From the NCBI GenBank assembly GCA_963742415.1, contig CAVULX010000004.1, positions 1,216,001 through 1,280,000 of the forward strand: a stretch of 64,000 nt of DNA, given 5' to 3'. Below, in pieces: positions 39,610-49,291 of this stretch. The notes below the pieces were generated by a model, which worked only from the letters and a program-made list of their open reading frames with translations, was not told where the DNA came from and made no database searches. This stretch comes from an uncultured Parachlamydiaceae bacterium (GTDB lineage: Bacteria; Chlamydiota; Chlamydiia; Chlamydiales; Parachlamydiaceae). Every line of letters begins with the position of its first letter. Positions within the stretch are counted from its first letter, which is position 1. The position numbers and the translations under genes are program-made.

Positions 39610-40857
39610 TCAATAACTGATGATGTTGATTTTCCCGTCTTCGAGAGTGCTTTCTAGATTAAGCTTTTGTTCAGCTCCCACAAACAATCTCAATCTTTGT
39701 GTGTAATCCTTAAATCTCTTGCGGATTAAGCTCTCCCTTTTTTTTGGAAGCGTATTGGCTCCCCCCTTGCTTCCACTAAGGTGGGTCACAAGATAAGCCA
39801 CATAAGTGTCTTCTAATTCTTTGGGATTGATCACTTCAAGACTCCACTCAAGAAACTCCCGCTCCCTCTGCGGAGCTGCAATAAAAGTAACTAGAAGATT
39901 ATCCCGCACAATGCTCAGAAAAAGCTTGCTGACATCTTTGACATAAAGTGGAATAGAAAAAATGGGAATATTATTTTTCATTTGCACATATTTCCCAACA
40001 GCTATTTGACAATTTTGAGGATTAAACATGTCACTGGTGTGTAAAGGGAAAAATATAGACAAGGGGATCTCCCTTTCGAGAGGCAGTGTTTGCTTTTGTA
40101 AAAAATAAATGCGCAAATTGTGAGCTTCAGGATCATTGATTTCTTCCAAAGCATTATTGTGAAATGGGAGTGAAACCATTTTCCATTTGTTGGGAACAAT
40201 ATAACGGATCTCATCGTCATGAAAGTTGCCCGAGGAACGCTCAACACTGTCCAATTCCTCTTTAGAAATTTCGTTTAAATCAAAAACGAGGTCCAACCCT
40301 TTTGACTTAAGTTTTTGGATCTCTTCTTCAGGGCCATTGACAGTTTGTATCAATTTTTGAGGCCAAAAATCCAGGTATTCATACCCCGGAGGAGCTTCAC
40401 CGATGGGGGGAAGGATAGTGATAGGAATCCTAGCCGTAACGAGATGGCTCAGCTTGATCACAAACTCATTGTGTTCTACGCTTGTGATATGGGAGAGAAG
40501 ATCTATATTGGGATTTAAGCTCACCAAATTTTTTTTTGTAATGTTCACGATCCATTCATCACTGCTCGCTGATGAAGCATCTAGGACCACTTCTAAATCT
40601 TCAGGCTCAAGCTCAGCAATTACATCTTTGGTCCCGCTAAGAGCAAGATTGACTCTTTTACTGAGAACCCCATTAGGAAGCAGGCCAACCACAGTTTTAT
40701 CTGGAGGGAGATTAATGATCCGTAAGGGAATATTAGTGATCGTTTTTGAGTCGATGATCGAATGGTTGACAAAAAACCAAATGATAGTGGCCGTAATGAT
40801 AGCAATTATTTTTCTTTGCCAGTTCTCAATAAAAATCCTTTTTATGATTGCTTCCAC
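39610..40857 (-). CDS. ybbR: YbbR/CdaR-like regulator of diadenylate cyclase
   Basis: N-terminal NWQRK + TM helix; downstream of and overlapping dacA. Confidence 0.8.
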   Translation of the reverse strand: MEAIIKRIFIENWQRKIIAIITATIIWFFVNHSIIDSKTITNIPLRIINLPPDKTVVGLLPNGVLSKRVNLALSGTKDVIAELEPEDLEVVLDASSASSDEWIVNITKKNLVSLNPNIDLLSHITSVEHNEFVIKLSHLVTARIPITILPPIGEAPPGYEYLDFWPQKLIQTVNGPEEEIQKLKSKGLDLVFDLNEISKEELDSVERSSGNFHDDEIRYIVPNKWKMVSLPFHNNALEEINDPEAHNLRIYFLQKQTLPLEREIPLSIFFPLHTSDMFNPQNCQIAVGKYVQMKNNIPIFSIPLYVKDVSKLFLSIVRDNLLVTFIAAPQREREFLEWSLEVINPKELEDTYVAYLVTHLSGSKGGANTLPKKRESLIRKRFKDYTQRLRLFVGAEQKLNLESTLEDGKINIISY

Positions 40858-41660
40858 GACTTAAATACTCCTAGAAAATTCAATCCTGTTTTTAAATTAT
40901 TGGAAGGGGGTGTAAAGACGCTGCGGATAATTCCTTTAAACCGGTCTATTTTGACACCGCGGGTCATGATCCCATCGCGGGCAATGGAAACCTTTCCGGT
41001 TTCCTCAGAGACAACGATGATAAGAGCGTCTGTGACTTGGCTGATCCCAAGGCCGGCGCGGTGGCGGGTTCCCATCGATTTTGCCAATTGGGTGCTGTCA
41101 TCTGCGAGGGGTAAAATCGTGGCTGCCGACAAAATTGTCGTTCCCCTTATTAGGACAGCCCCATCATGCAAAGGCGTTGTCGTCACAAAAATCGATTCTA
41201 AAAGTTCAGGGGAAAAATTCGCATTGAGAACCACAGCTTTGTTGGCATACTCATCCAAAGTATCTTGGTTTTCAAGGACGACCAGAGCGCCAATCCTCCT
41301 TTCTGCCATCCGATAAACCGACTGGGCAATTGTATCGAGGAATTTATCGAAATCAGCTTTTGTTATCTCTTTATATTTTTTCCCTTTAACACTTAGCCTG
41401 GAAAGTGCAAGCCGAAGTTCAGGCTGAAAAATAATCAACATCGCAATGACAGCGACATTGACAAAGTAAAGCATCAGTTTTTGCAATACCGGCAACGAAA
41501 ACCATGTAGAAGCGGCATATAAGGAAAAAAAAGTCAACAAGCCAAAGATCAAATCCATTGTGCGGGTGTTCCAAAAGAAAGAAAGGAGGTAGTAAATCAT
41601 GATTGCAATAATCATAATTTCTAAACCCGGCACCAAAAGCTGTTGCAGCAGTTTAAGCAT
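40842..41660 (-). CDS. dacA: Diadenylate cyclase CdaA/DacA
   Basis: Three TMs; IIFQPELR, PLHDGA, GTRHRAG and VVSEETG motifs. Confidence 0.95.
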   Translation of the reverse strand: MLKLLQQLLVPGLEIMIIAIMIYYLLSFFWNTRTMDLIFGLLTFFSLYAASTWFSLPVLQKLMLYFVNVAVIAMLIIFQPELRLALSRLSVKGKKYKEITKADFDKFLDTIAQSVYRMAERRIGALVVLENQDTLDEYANKAVVLNANFSPELLESIFVTTTPLHDGAVLIRGTTILSAATILPLADDSTQLAKSMGTRHRAGLGISQVTDALIIVVSEETGKVSIARDGIMTRGVKIDRFKGIIRSVFTPPSNNLKTGLNFLGVFKSWKQS

Positions 41661-42444
41661 TGTTAGTTAACCATTCCAACATCTTCATCACATCGCGATG
41701 ATCTTTTACGTCATGAGTACGGATAATTTTAACCCCTGCCAGCATAGCTTGAGTGTGAATGAAAAGGGTTGCTGGCAATAATTCCTCGCGGGGCTTATTG
41801 AGAATGACAGACATAAACGATTTTCGGGAAGCCCCTAGGAGCACTGGAAATCCTAGTGTCTTTAGTATTGGCAAATTGTGTACAATTTTAAGATTATCGG
41901 CAACGGTTTTTCCAAAACCGATACCAGGGTCAAGAATGATCTGCTCCTCTTTGACCCCGTCTTTTAATAAGCAATCGATCCGGCTTCGAAACCAAGAGAT
42001 CAGGTGGGAGATAATCCCTTCGGGATAAAAGGGATTATTTTGCATAGTTGCCGGATTCCCTAACATGTGCATGACGCAGATGGGAACTCCCGAAGCTGCA
42101 GCCAAACGGCGCATCGCCGGATCGCTGAATCCGGAAACGTCATTGATGAATGAAGCCCCTGCTGCTAAAGCCGCTTCTGCCACTTTGTGTTTCATGGTAT
42201 CGATGGAGAGAGGAATAGGAATTAAGTTTTTTAAAGCCTGAATGACAGGAACGACCCTTTTAAGTTCTTCTTCCTCGGGTACCGGAATGGCATTGGGCCT
42301 TGTGGATTCCCCCCCAATGTCAATGATGTCAGCTCCTTCCCGCCACATCCTAAGTCCGGCTTCCACCCCCTTTTCCAACGTTTCGCAACAGCTCGGAGCA
42401 TAACAAGAATCGGGCGTCGCATTTATAATTCCCATGATCCGCAT
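41653..42444 (-). CDS. folP: Dihydropteroate synthase
   Basis: MGIIN.TPDS, IDIGGESTRP, INDVSG, DPGIGFGK, SRKSF and RTHDV motifs. Confidence 0.95.
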   Translation of the reverse strand: MRIMGIINATPDSCYAPSCCETLEKGVEAGLRMWREGADIIDIGGESTRPNAIPVPEEEELKRVVPVIQALKNLIPIPLSIDTMKHKVAEAALAAGASFINDVSGFSDPAMRRLAAASGVPICVMHMLGNPATMQNNPFYPEGIISHLISWFRSRIDCLLKDGVKEEQIILDPGIGFGKTVADNLKIVHNLPILKTLGFPVLLGASRKSFMSVILNKPREELLPATLFIHTQAMLAGVKIIRTHDVKDHRDVMKMLEWLTNNA

Positions 42445-42588
42445 ACAATGAATTCATGTATTTAAAGTGAGTTGACATTATGCAATAGAATAAGGCGGCA
42501 GTCAAGGGACTTTATCTGCACATTTCCTTTCTCTATTAATCCCTGTTCTTTTAATCTCAGAAATTATTATTTATTCTTTTGGAAAGCC

Positions 42589-43971
42589 ATGGAAGTTGAG
42601 TTTTTAGCGCGGTTTCAGTTTGCACTGACGATTATGTTCCACTACATTTATCCCCCTTTGAGCATAGGACTGGGCCTAATTCTCGTCCTCATCGAAGGGG
42701 CTTATCTTAAAACCAAGAATCCCCTCTATCTCCAAATGTCCAAATTTTGGACAAAGGTGTTCGCCCTCACTTTTGCCATTGGCGTGGCAACGGGGATTGT
42801 CATGGAATTTGAATTTGGCACAAACTGGGCCAGCTATTCCCGGTATGTAGGAGATGTCTTTGGCAGCGCTTTGGCAGCCGAAGGGGTTTTTGCTTTTTTC
42901 CTCGAATCGGGATTTTTAGCGATCCTCCTTTTCGGATGGAATAAAGTGGGACCAAAAATGCACTTCTTCTCCACTTTAATGGTCGCCTTAGGCGCGCACT
43001 TCAGCGCGATTTGGATCATCGTGGCAAACTCCTGGATGCAAACTCCTGCAGGCTACCATATTGTCGGGGAAGGATTGAACGCCCGTGCTGAAATCACCGA
43101 CTTTTGGGCGATGGTTTTTAACCCCTCCTCTGTCGATCGTTTGCTCCATTCGGTGATCGGAGCTTGGCTTGCAGGTTCGTTCCTTGTGATCAGCGTGGGA
43201 GCCTATTACCTGCTCAAAAATAGGCATATAGACTTTGCACGCGCTTCTCTCAAAGTGGGGTTAATTGTTGCGGCCGCTGCCGTTTTTTTACAGCTCCTCA
43301 CTGGCCACATGAGCGCCCAAGGGGTCGCCCGCAATCAGCCGGCCAAATTAGCCGCCTTCGAAGGGATCTTCAAAACCCAGCTAGGAGCTCCTCTAGGGGT
43401 CATCGGGTATGTCGACATGAAAAACGAAAAAGTCATTGGAATTGAAATCCCCTATTTTCTCAGTTTTCTTGTCTCCAACGATTTTCAAGCTGAAGTCAAA
43501 GGATTGGATCAATATCCAAAAAAAGATTGGCCTAACGTCCCTGTCGTCTTCCAAACATACCACCTGATGATCATGATGTGGGGCCTGATGTTCGCGACAG
43601 TGATCATCGCCATCCCCATGTGGAGGAATGGCTCCCTATTTAAGAGCCCTTGGATGCTTCGCTGGCTAGTCCTTTCGGTCCTCTTTCCCCAAGTGGCTAA
43701 TCAAGCCGGTTGGGTTTCAGCAGAGATGGGACGCTATCCATGGATTGTTCAAGGCCTTCTCCGCATTTCAGAAGGGCTCTCAAAATCTGTCCAGGCCAAC
43801 CAAGTGTTGGGCTCAATCTTCCTCTTTGGAATCGTCTATTTTTTCTTGTTTATCCTTTTCATATATTTGTTAAATGAAAAATTCAAACACGGACCTAGTG
43901 AAGAGGATAAAGCCTCCCCCTATCATCAATTGCAATATGTGAAGGAGTTTAATGATGAGCTTGGCCAATGA
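42589..43971 (+). CDS. cydA: Cytochrome bd ubiquinol oxidase subunit I
   Basis: [45 protein letters not shown] and EMGRYPW motifs. Confidence 0.96.
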   Translation: MEVEFLARFQFALTIMFHYIYPPLSIGLGLILVLIEGAYLKTKNPLYLQMSKFWTKVFALTFAIGVATGIVMEFEFGTNWASYSRYVGDVFGSALAAEGVFAFFLESGFLAILLFGWNKVGPKMHFFSTLMVALGAHFSAIWIIVANSWMQTPAGYHIVGEGLNARAEITDFWAMVFNPSSVDRLLHSVIGAWLAGSFLVISVGAYYLLKNRHIDFARASLKVGLIVAAAAVFLQLLTGHMSAQGVARNQPAKLAAFEGIFKTQLGAPLGVIGYVDMKNEKVIGIEIPYFLSFLVSNDFQAEVKGLDQYPKKDWPNVPVVFQTYHLMIMMWGLMFATVIIAIPMWRNGSLFKSPWMLRWLVLSVLFPQVANQAGWVSAEMGRYPWIVQGLLRISEGLSKSVQANQVLGSIFLFGIVYFFLFILFIYLLNEKFKHGPSEEDKASPYHQLQYVKEFNDELGQ

Positions 43972-44986
43972 CCTTGAATTCATCTGGTTTACGGCTTTTG
44001 TCCTATTATTGACCGGTTACGCTATTTTGGATGGGTTTGATCTAGGGGTGGGGATGCTCCATCTTTTTTCCAAAAAAGATATCGAACGGCGTTTGATGCT
44101 TAACTCTATTGGACCTGTCTGGGACGGCAACGAAGTCTGGTTGGTGACTGCAGGAGGAGCCTTATTCGCCGGTTTCCCCGATGTTTATGCTACGGTATGC
44201 TCCGCCTTTTACCTTCCCCTCATGGTGCTCTTGAGTGGTTTAATCTTCCGCGCTGTAGCCATTGAATTCCGCAGCAAACAACCGATGGGGTGGTGGAGAT
44301 GGATGTGGGACATTTTTTTTAGCTTAGCCAGCTTGCTTATCGCCATGGCTCTCGGAATGATCTTGGGAAATTTGATTCGAGGGATCTCCCTGGATGAACA
44401 AAAAGAGTTTGTAGGAACGCTCTCAGAGCTGTTCAGCCCCTATGCTTTCCTTATCGGCATCTTGACAGCCTCGATGTTTTTTATGCATGGGTCGATTTAT
44501 CTGATGATGAAGACGGAGGGGGAATTTCACGATAAAATGCGCCGCTGGGTTAACCCTTCCATCATCGCGTTTATCATGTGTTATGCAATAGCTACCATGG
44601 CGACTCTGATCTACATGCCCCATATGGCAGAAGCGATCAAAGAGCGTCCGGTCTTTTTTCTAATAGCCATCATCAATATGCTTGTAATCGCAAATATTCC
44701 TCGTGAGATTTATCATGGCCGGGACAAGCTTGCCTTTTTTTCATCCAGTTTGAATATCGTTTGCCTCTTAGCCTTGTTTGCCGTGGGGATGTATCCCAAT
44801 GTTGTGCGCGCAATCAATGATCCTGTAAATCTCAGCTTGACAATTTACAATTCAGCTTCTTCGGTTAAAACCCTGCAAATCCTTCTAATTTTCGCCATTA
44901 TTGGGATTCCTCTGGTGGTGAGCTATACCGTTGCTATTTATTGGATTTTCCAGGGAAAAGTCAAGCTCGACTCTACAAGCTATTAA
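43952..44986 (+). CDS. cydB: Cytochrome bd ubiquinol oxidase subunit II
   Basis: LDGFDLGVG, GPVWDGNEVWLV and R.VAIEFR motifs. Confidence 0.96.
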   Translation: MMSLANDLEFIWFTAFVLLLTGYAILDGFDLGVGMLHLFSKKDIERRLMLNSIGPVWDGNEVWLVTAGGALFAGFPDVYATVCSAFYLPLMVLLSGLIFRAVAIEFRSKQPMGWWRWMWDIFFSLASLLIAMALGMILGNLIRGISLDEQKEFVGTLSELFSPYAFLIGILTASMFFMHGSIYLMMKTEGEFHDKMRRWVNPSIIAFIMCYAIATMATLIYMPHMAEAIKERPVFFLIAIINMLVIANIPREIYHGRDKLAFFSSSLNIVCLLALFAVGMYPNVVRAINDPVNLSLTIYNSASSVKTLQILLIFAIIGIPLVVSYTVAIYWIFQGKVKLDSTSY

Positions 44987-44988
44987 AG

Positions 44989-45132
44989 ATAAGAAGAACA
45001 GGATAATAGGATCGCCCTTCGGGCGGCAGGATAAGCAGGATATAAACAATTTGAAAGAAAAATCATTCAAATTGTTTATATCCTGCTTATCCTGCCGCCC
45101 GAAGGGCGATCCTATTATCCTGTTCTTCTTAT
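44989..45132. repeat. Family B perfect hairpin, 67-bp arms and 10-nt loop, between convergent stops
   Basis: 44989-45055 is the exact reverse complement of 45066-45132. Confidence 0.92.
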
Positions 45133-45545
45133 TTTTGTTGCTGTTGTTGCTGTTGTTGCTGCTGGTCTTTGTCGGTGTCTTCCTTTTCTAGGTAATCTTG
45201 CACTTTCTTCTTATACGTACCGAATTCCTGCTTCAAATTCTCATACGTCTTTTCCAACTGCTCCATAAGGGGCTTCTCTTCTGACGATGAAGATGTTGGA
45301 GTGCTATTCGCTTTATAGGTACTCTCCGCGGATTTGCCTTGTCCCCCTTTTTGAAAGTAACCTCGAATTGCCTCTTGATTCGCAACCCCAAAGGAAGCTC
45401 CTAGCGCGACAAGAAGCAAGAGAACAGCAACAGAAAACCCAATTACCCTTGTAGCTGTCAGAATCAATGTGATAAGAAAAATAATAACCCCGGTACCAAA
45501 AGCCATGCCGTTGTTAGTAATGAGACAATCAAACAGATCTTTCAT
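45129..45545 (-). CDS. Small two-TM protein with C-terminal poly-Gln (Inc-like topology)
   Basis: GAGG RBS; bilobed hydrophobic region at aa 14-54; Q9 tail. Confidence 0.75.
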   Translation of the reverse strand: MKDLFDCLITNNGMAFGTGVIIFLITLILTATRVIGFSVAVLLLLVALGASFGVANQEAIRGYFQKGGQGKSAESTYKANSTPTSSSSEEKPLMEQLEKTYENLKQEFGTYKKKVQDYLEKEDTDKDQQQQQQQQQQK

Positions 45546-45604
45546 AAATACCTCAAAAAGTATGATCGTTTTGGTTTAAAATTTATTTATATAATTAAAC
45601 CATA

Positions 45605-45744
45605 TCGGTATAAAGATGCTATATTTTTTTTGAGTCGGCAGAAAGAAATACCTCATTTACCGCAGGCTCATCTTTCGGTATAAAGATGCTATATTTTTTT
45701 GAGTCGGCAGAAAGAAATACCTCATTTACCGCAGGCTCATCTTT
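45605..45744. repeat. 69/70-bp tandem duplication at the folC 3' end
   Basis: TCGGTATAAAGATGCT...GGCTCATCTT at 45605 and 45675; the copies differ by one T. Confidence 0.9.
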
Positions 45745-46920
45745 AGGATCTTGAAAGCCAATGGCCTCTCGGGCCTCTGCCATGATAAAAAAACTTCCAC
45801 ATACCACGACCATTTCTTGGGAAGCTTGAGCTTTTTTGACGGCGGAACTCATGGTATCAAAAATAGTGGAACAAACAGGCTCATAAGGGAGCCCCATTTG
45901 ATCAAGAGTGCGGGTCAATAAATCTAAAGAAGCAGCACGGCTGCTGCAAGAAGCCACTAAGTGGAGACGCTTTGCATGGCGTGAAATAATTTTCAAACAA
46001 TGGGCAATATCCTTATTTGAAGACAATCCGCACACCACCCTTAAAGAATATTGGGGAAATTTTTGCCTAGTAGCCTGGAATAAATGTTCAAGTCCATCCG
46101 GATTATGCGCTACATCAAAAAGAATAGGAGGAGAACCATCGTGCAATTCAAAACGGCAAGGGGGAAGAATGGTTAAACCCTGCTCGATACTATTTGGCGA
46201 TAAAGACAGAATTTGCAGAGCTTTTCGAGCAATGGCGCAATTTTCTTCGTCAAAAAATAAAAAATTGTCTGAAACTTGAAAACATCGGCTTTTTTTCTCT
46301 TCCGCAATTGGAAAGATGATATTTTTAGGAACTCTCGGACCGATGACAACAGGAATATTGGCCTTGATGATCCCCCCTTTTTCATAGGCTATCTCATCTA
46401 ATGTTTGGCCTAAGATTTCAGTATGTTCGAGACTGATTGAAGTAATCACCGAAAGAAGCGGTATGACCACATTGGTGGCATCTAGCCGGCCTCCCAATCC
46501 TGTTTCCAAGATAGCGACATCCACGCCCTGCTCTGCAAAATAAATAAAAGCTAAAGCGGTTGTCAGCTCAAAAAAAGTGGCCGGAATTTTAAACTTTTCT
46601 ACAACCGAAAAAAGGGAAGACAAAATTCTTACAGTATCGGCTTCATGGATCATAACCCCATTAACGCGGATCCGCTCACGGAATGTCGCTAGGTGGGGGG
46701 AGGTATAAAGCCCTACCCGTTTTCCTCCCCATTCATAAGCTGCGGCCATTTTTGTGCATACGGAACCCTTTCCATTGCTTCCGGCAACATGAATAGAAGG
46801 AAAAGTTCTTTCAGGATGTCCAAGCAAGGCCATCAAAGCCTGCATATTCTTCAGACCCAACTTCACGCCATTGCTTGAAGTCAATCCAAAAAGACGTTTC
46901 AACAAGTTATGGTACGTCAC
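45619..46920 (-). CDS. folC: Folylpolyglutamate/dihydrofolate synthase
   Basis: HVAGSNGKGS, YTSPHL..FRERI, ETGLGGRLDATN, DVAHN and GSF motifs. Confidence 0.95.
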   Translation of the reverse strand: MTYHNLLKRLFGLTSSNGVKLGLKNMQALMALLGHPERTFPSIHVAGSNGKGSVCTKMAAAYEWGGKRVGLYTSPHLATFRERIRVNGVMIHEADTVRILSSLFSVVEKFKIPATFFELTTALAFIYFAEQGVDVAILETGLGGRLDATNVVIPLLSVITSISLEHTEILGQTLDEIAYEKGGIIKANIPVVIGPRVPKNIIFPIAEEKKSRCFQVSDNFLFFDEENCAIARKALQILSLSPNSIEQGLTILPPCRFELHDGSPPILFDVAHNPDGLEHLFQATRQKFPQYSLRVVCGLSSNKDIAHCLKIISRHAKRLHLVASCSSRAASLDLLTRTLDQMGLPYEPVCSTIFDTMSSAVKKAQASQEMVVVCGSFFIMAEAREAIGFQDPKDEPAVNEVFLSADSKKYSIFIPKDEPAVNEVFLSADSKKI

Positions 46921-47743
46921 CTTTCATCCAATCCTTCAAAACTTGAAAGGTGGTTTCATCCACCCAAGAGCACCCCAAATGTACTGCCGGCTTGATTTCA
47001 CCATGAAAATCTGAACCCCCTGTCATTAGCCACCCTTTTTTTTGAGCGATTTGCACCCATCGCTCATTTTGCACTTGTTGGAATCGGCTGTAAAAACATT
47101 CAATACCATCAAAATTCATCTCCAACAAGTCTCTGAAAACTTTCTGATGATTGATTAAATGGGGATGAGCAATCACTGCAAGCCCATGGGCTTCATGAAT
47201 GACCCCGAGGGTTTCTTCGATAGAAAACAGCTGGCCCGGAGCATAAGCTAGTTTACCTTCACCGAGGTAACGCCTAAAAGCTTCCTGGGCTGTCTCCACA
47301 TATCCTTTGGCCAACATCACTTGGGCAATATGAGGCCGGCCGATTGAACGGGGTATCTTGGCGACCGAAAAGAGATCTTCTTCAGTTATTTTGATCTCCA
47401 GCTTATTCAACTTACCGATGATTTCCCTATTCCGATCTCTCCGCCGTATAGAATGCCTTTCACAAAAAGAGATCAAGGAAGGGTGCCCCAGGTGGAAAGC
47501 ATAGCCTAAAATATGCACGCTATGCCCCTTGTGGGAGGCGGAAAATTCCACTCCAGGAATGAGATTGAATTGATGCCGGGCAGCGAAATTCATAGCATCT
47601 TTGTAGGCGTCAACAGTGTCATGATCTGTAATGGAAAGACCGTTTAATCCAATTTCGATCGCATGATTGATCAATTCTTCCGGAGATAGCGACCCATCGG
47701 AGCAATTTGAATGGCAATGCAAATCGGCACGGAAAGCGTTCAC
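46907..47743 (-). CDS. PHP-domain phosphoesterase (TrpH/YciV-like)
   Basis: DLHCHS..SDG, ITDHD, GRPHIA, AHP and GGSDFHG motifs. Confidence 0.9.
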   Translation of the reverse strand: MNAFRADLHCHSNCSDGSLSPEELINHAIEIGLNGLSITDHDTVDAYKDAMNFAARHQFNLIPGVEFSASHKGHSVHILGYAFHLGHPSLISFCERHSIRRRDRNREIIGKLNKLEIKITEEDLFSVAKIPRSIGRPHIAQVMLAKGYVETAQEAFRRYLGEGKLAYAPGQLFSIEETLGVIHEAHGLAVIAHPHLINHQKVFRDLLEMNFDGIECFYSRFQQVQNERWVQIAQKKGWLMTGGSDFHGEIKPAVHLGCSWVDETTFQVLKDWMKGDVP

Positions 47744-48630
47744 TTGGCCTCCAAGCGATAGGGAATGATCCTCACTTCACTTTCCAATTCAATGTCCATT
47801 TTTTCTTTAACCGTCTTCTGTACCAATGCAATGAGCTGAACAACATCGGATGCTGTGGCCTCCCCCTTATTCACGATGAAGTTGGCATGCATCGGGGAAA
47901 CTTGGGCGCCTCCTATGGAAACCCCCTTCAGCCCAGCCTTCTCAATGAGCATGCCGGCCGGGGCGGATAAGGGGTTACGAAAAATACACCCAGCCGATTT
48001 GTCCGAATAAGGCTGCGTGCTTTTCCGGTATTGAATGATTTCAAGTTGTTTCGAGCGAGCTTCTTCCAACGAAACCAATGTAAATGTCGCTCCTACGATC
48101 GCTCCCTTCATATTCTGAAATGAAGAGTAACGATAGCCAAACAGCAACGCTTCCTTTTTTAAAACCAGCAATTCCCCATGTTCATCCAGATAATCCACCG
48201 ATGACAAATGATTGCAAGTTTCAGCGCCGTTGGCCCCCGCATTCATAAAAACGGCCCCTCCAACCGAAGCTGGAATCCCTGAAGCAAATTCAAGCCCTCC
48301 CCATTTTTGCCTGGCTGTTTGCACACCTAGCAGCGAAAAGCTATAACCTGCACCTACATGGAAAACCCCTGGAGAAGGATTTTCAAAAAAGTCGATCTTG
48401 TTTCCGATGACAACTCCCTCGAATCCCCTATCGTCAAAAAGAACGTTGGATCCCTTGCCAAGAATTAAGTAGGGAAGATTTTCTCGGCGGCTAAACAAAA
48501 GAGCCTCTTGCATTTCTGCAATAGAATGAACCTCTAAAAAAAAACGGGCAGGGCCGCCAATTCCTAAAGTCGTAAGGGAGCTTAGAGGCTTATTGATTTG
48601 AAGTTGGCTTGGCCCATTGCTAATTGTCAT
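47740..48630 (-). CDS. murB: UDP-N-acetylenolpyruvoylglucosamine reductase
   Basis: GKGSNVL, GLEFASGIPASVGGAVFMNAGA, SAGCIFRNP and HANFIVN motifs. Confidence 0.95.
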   Translation of the reverse strand: MTISNGPSQLQINKPLSSLTTLGIGGPARFFLEVHSIAEMQEALLFSRRENLPYLILGKGSNVLFDDRGFEGVVIGNKIDFFENPSPGVFHVGAGYSFSLLGVQTARQKWGGLEFASGIPASVGGAVFMNAGANGAETCNHLSSVDYLDEHGELLVLKKEALLFGYRYSSFQNMKGAIVGATFTLVSLEEARSKQLEIIQYRKSTQPYSDKSAGCIFRNPLSAPAGMLIEKAGLKGVSIGGAQVSPMHANFIVNKGEATASDVVQLIALVQKTVKEKMDIELESEVRIIPYRLEAK

Positions 48631-49153
48631 CCTCATCCTCATCCTGATCCTCAATAGGTTTGACCCGGGCGACTTCTTCAGCACGGCTTTCACTTTGGAT
48701 CAGCGCTTCAGAGGTTGTGGAAATTTGATTTTGGTCTATTTTGATCCCTTGAGTGTCTTTGTAAATATTATCCAAAATTGCATTGACAAAAGCCGCTGAT
48801 TCGGGTGTACCAAACTTTTTAGCTAAACGGAGGGACTCTGTTATCGCAACCTTTGGTGGAACTGCAGGATCATAAACTAGCTCGAATAATCCCAAACGCA
48901 AGATATTTCGTTCGACACTTTGTATTCTTTCAAAAGCGTAAGAAAAAGAGGCTTTCGCAAGCATCTTATCAAGGGCCTTGAGGTGGCCAAGGATTTTATT
49001 CACATACTCTTGCGCTTGCCGAACCGATTTTCGCGTGACAGACAATTGCTTCATAAGCAAAGGGATCATATCCTCTTCATCGGCTTTCCCCATATCTTTG
49101 CTATATAAAAGCTGAAAGACAATTTCTCGAAATTTTTGTTGTGGCAATGACAC
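48620..49153 (-). CDS. nusB: Transcription antitermination factor NusB
   Basis: ERNILRLG, VAITE...AKKFG and FVNAILD motifs; GTG start. Confidence 0.92.
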   Translation of the reverse strand: MSLPQQKFREIVFQLLYSKDMGKADEEDMIPLLMKQLSVTRKSVRQAQEYVNKILGHLKALDKMLAKASFSYAFERIQSVERNILRLGLFELVYDPAVPPKVAITESLRLAKKFGTPESAAFVNAILDNIYKDTQGIKIDQNQISTTSEALIQSESRAEEVARVKPIEDQDEDEDDN

Positions 49154-49291
49154 TTTAAATCCCCATTTTAGAATAAAGGATGTTAACACAAAGAAAACAT
49201 AGATAGAAATGAAAAAGTCAGTAAGAAATTTTTCTTTTCTCTTTAATCCTCATCTATTAACGTATAAGTAGAGGACTTAAAAGGTTTTTCC

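Noticed and set aside
39610..42444. Diadenylate cyclase as a CBASS-type defence system
   Set aside because: Canonical membrane CdaA with YbbR in housekeeping context; no effector or CD-NTase motifs.
48627..48650. (CATCCT)n microsatellite as a phase-variation tract
   Set aside because: It encodes the acidic DEDEDD tail of NusB; the unit is in frame and short.
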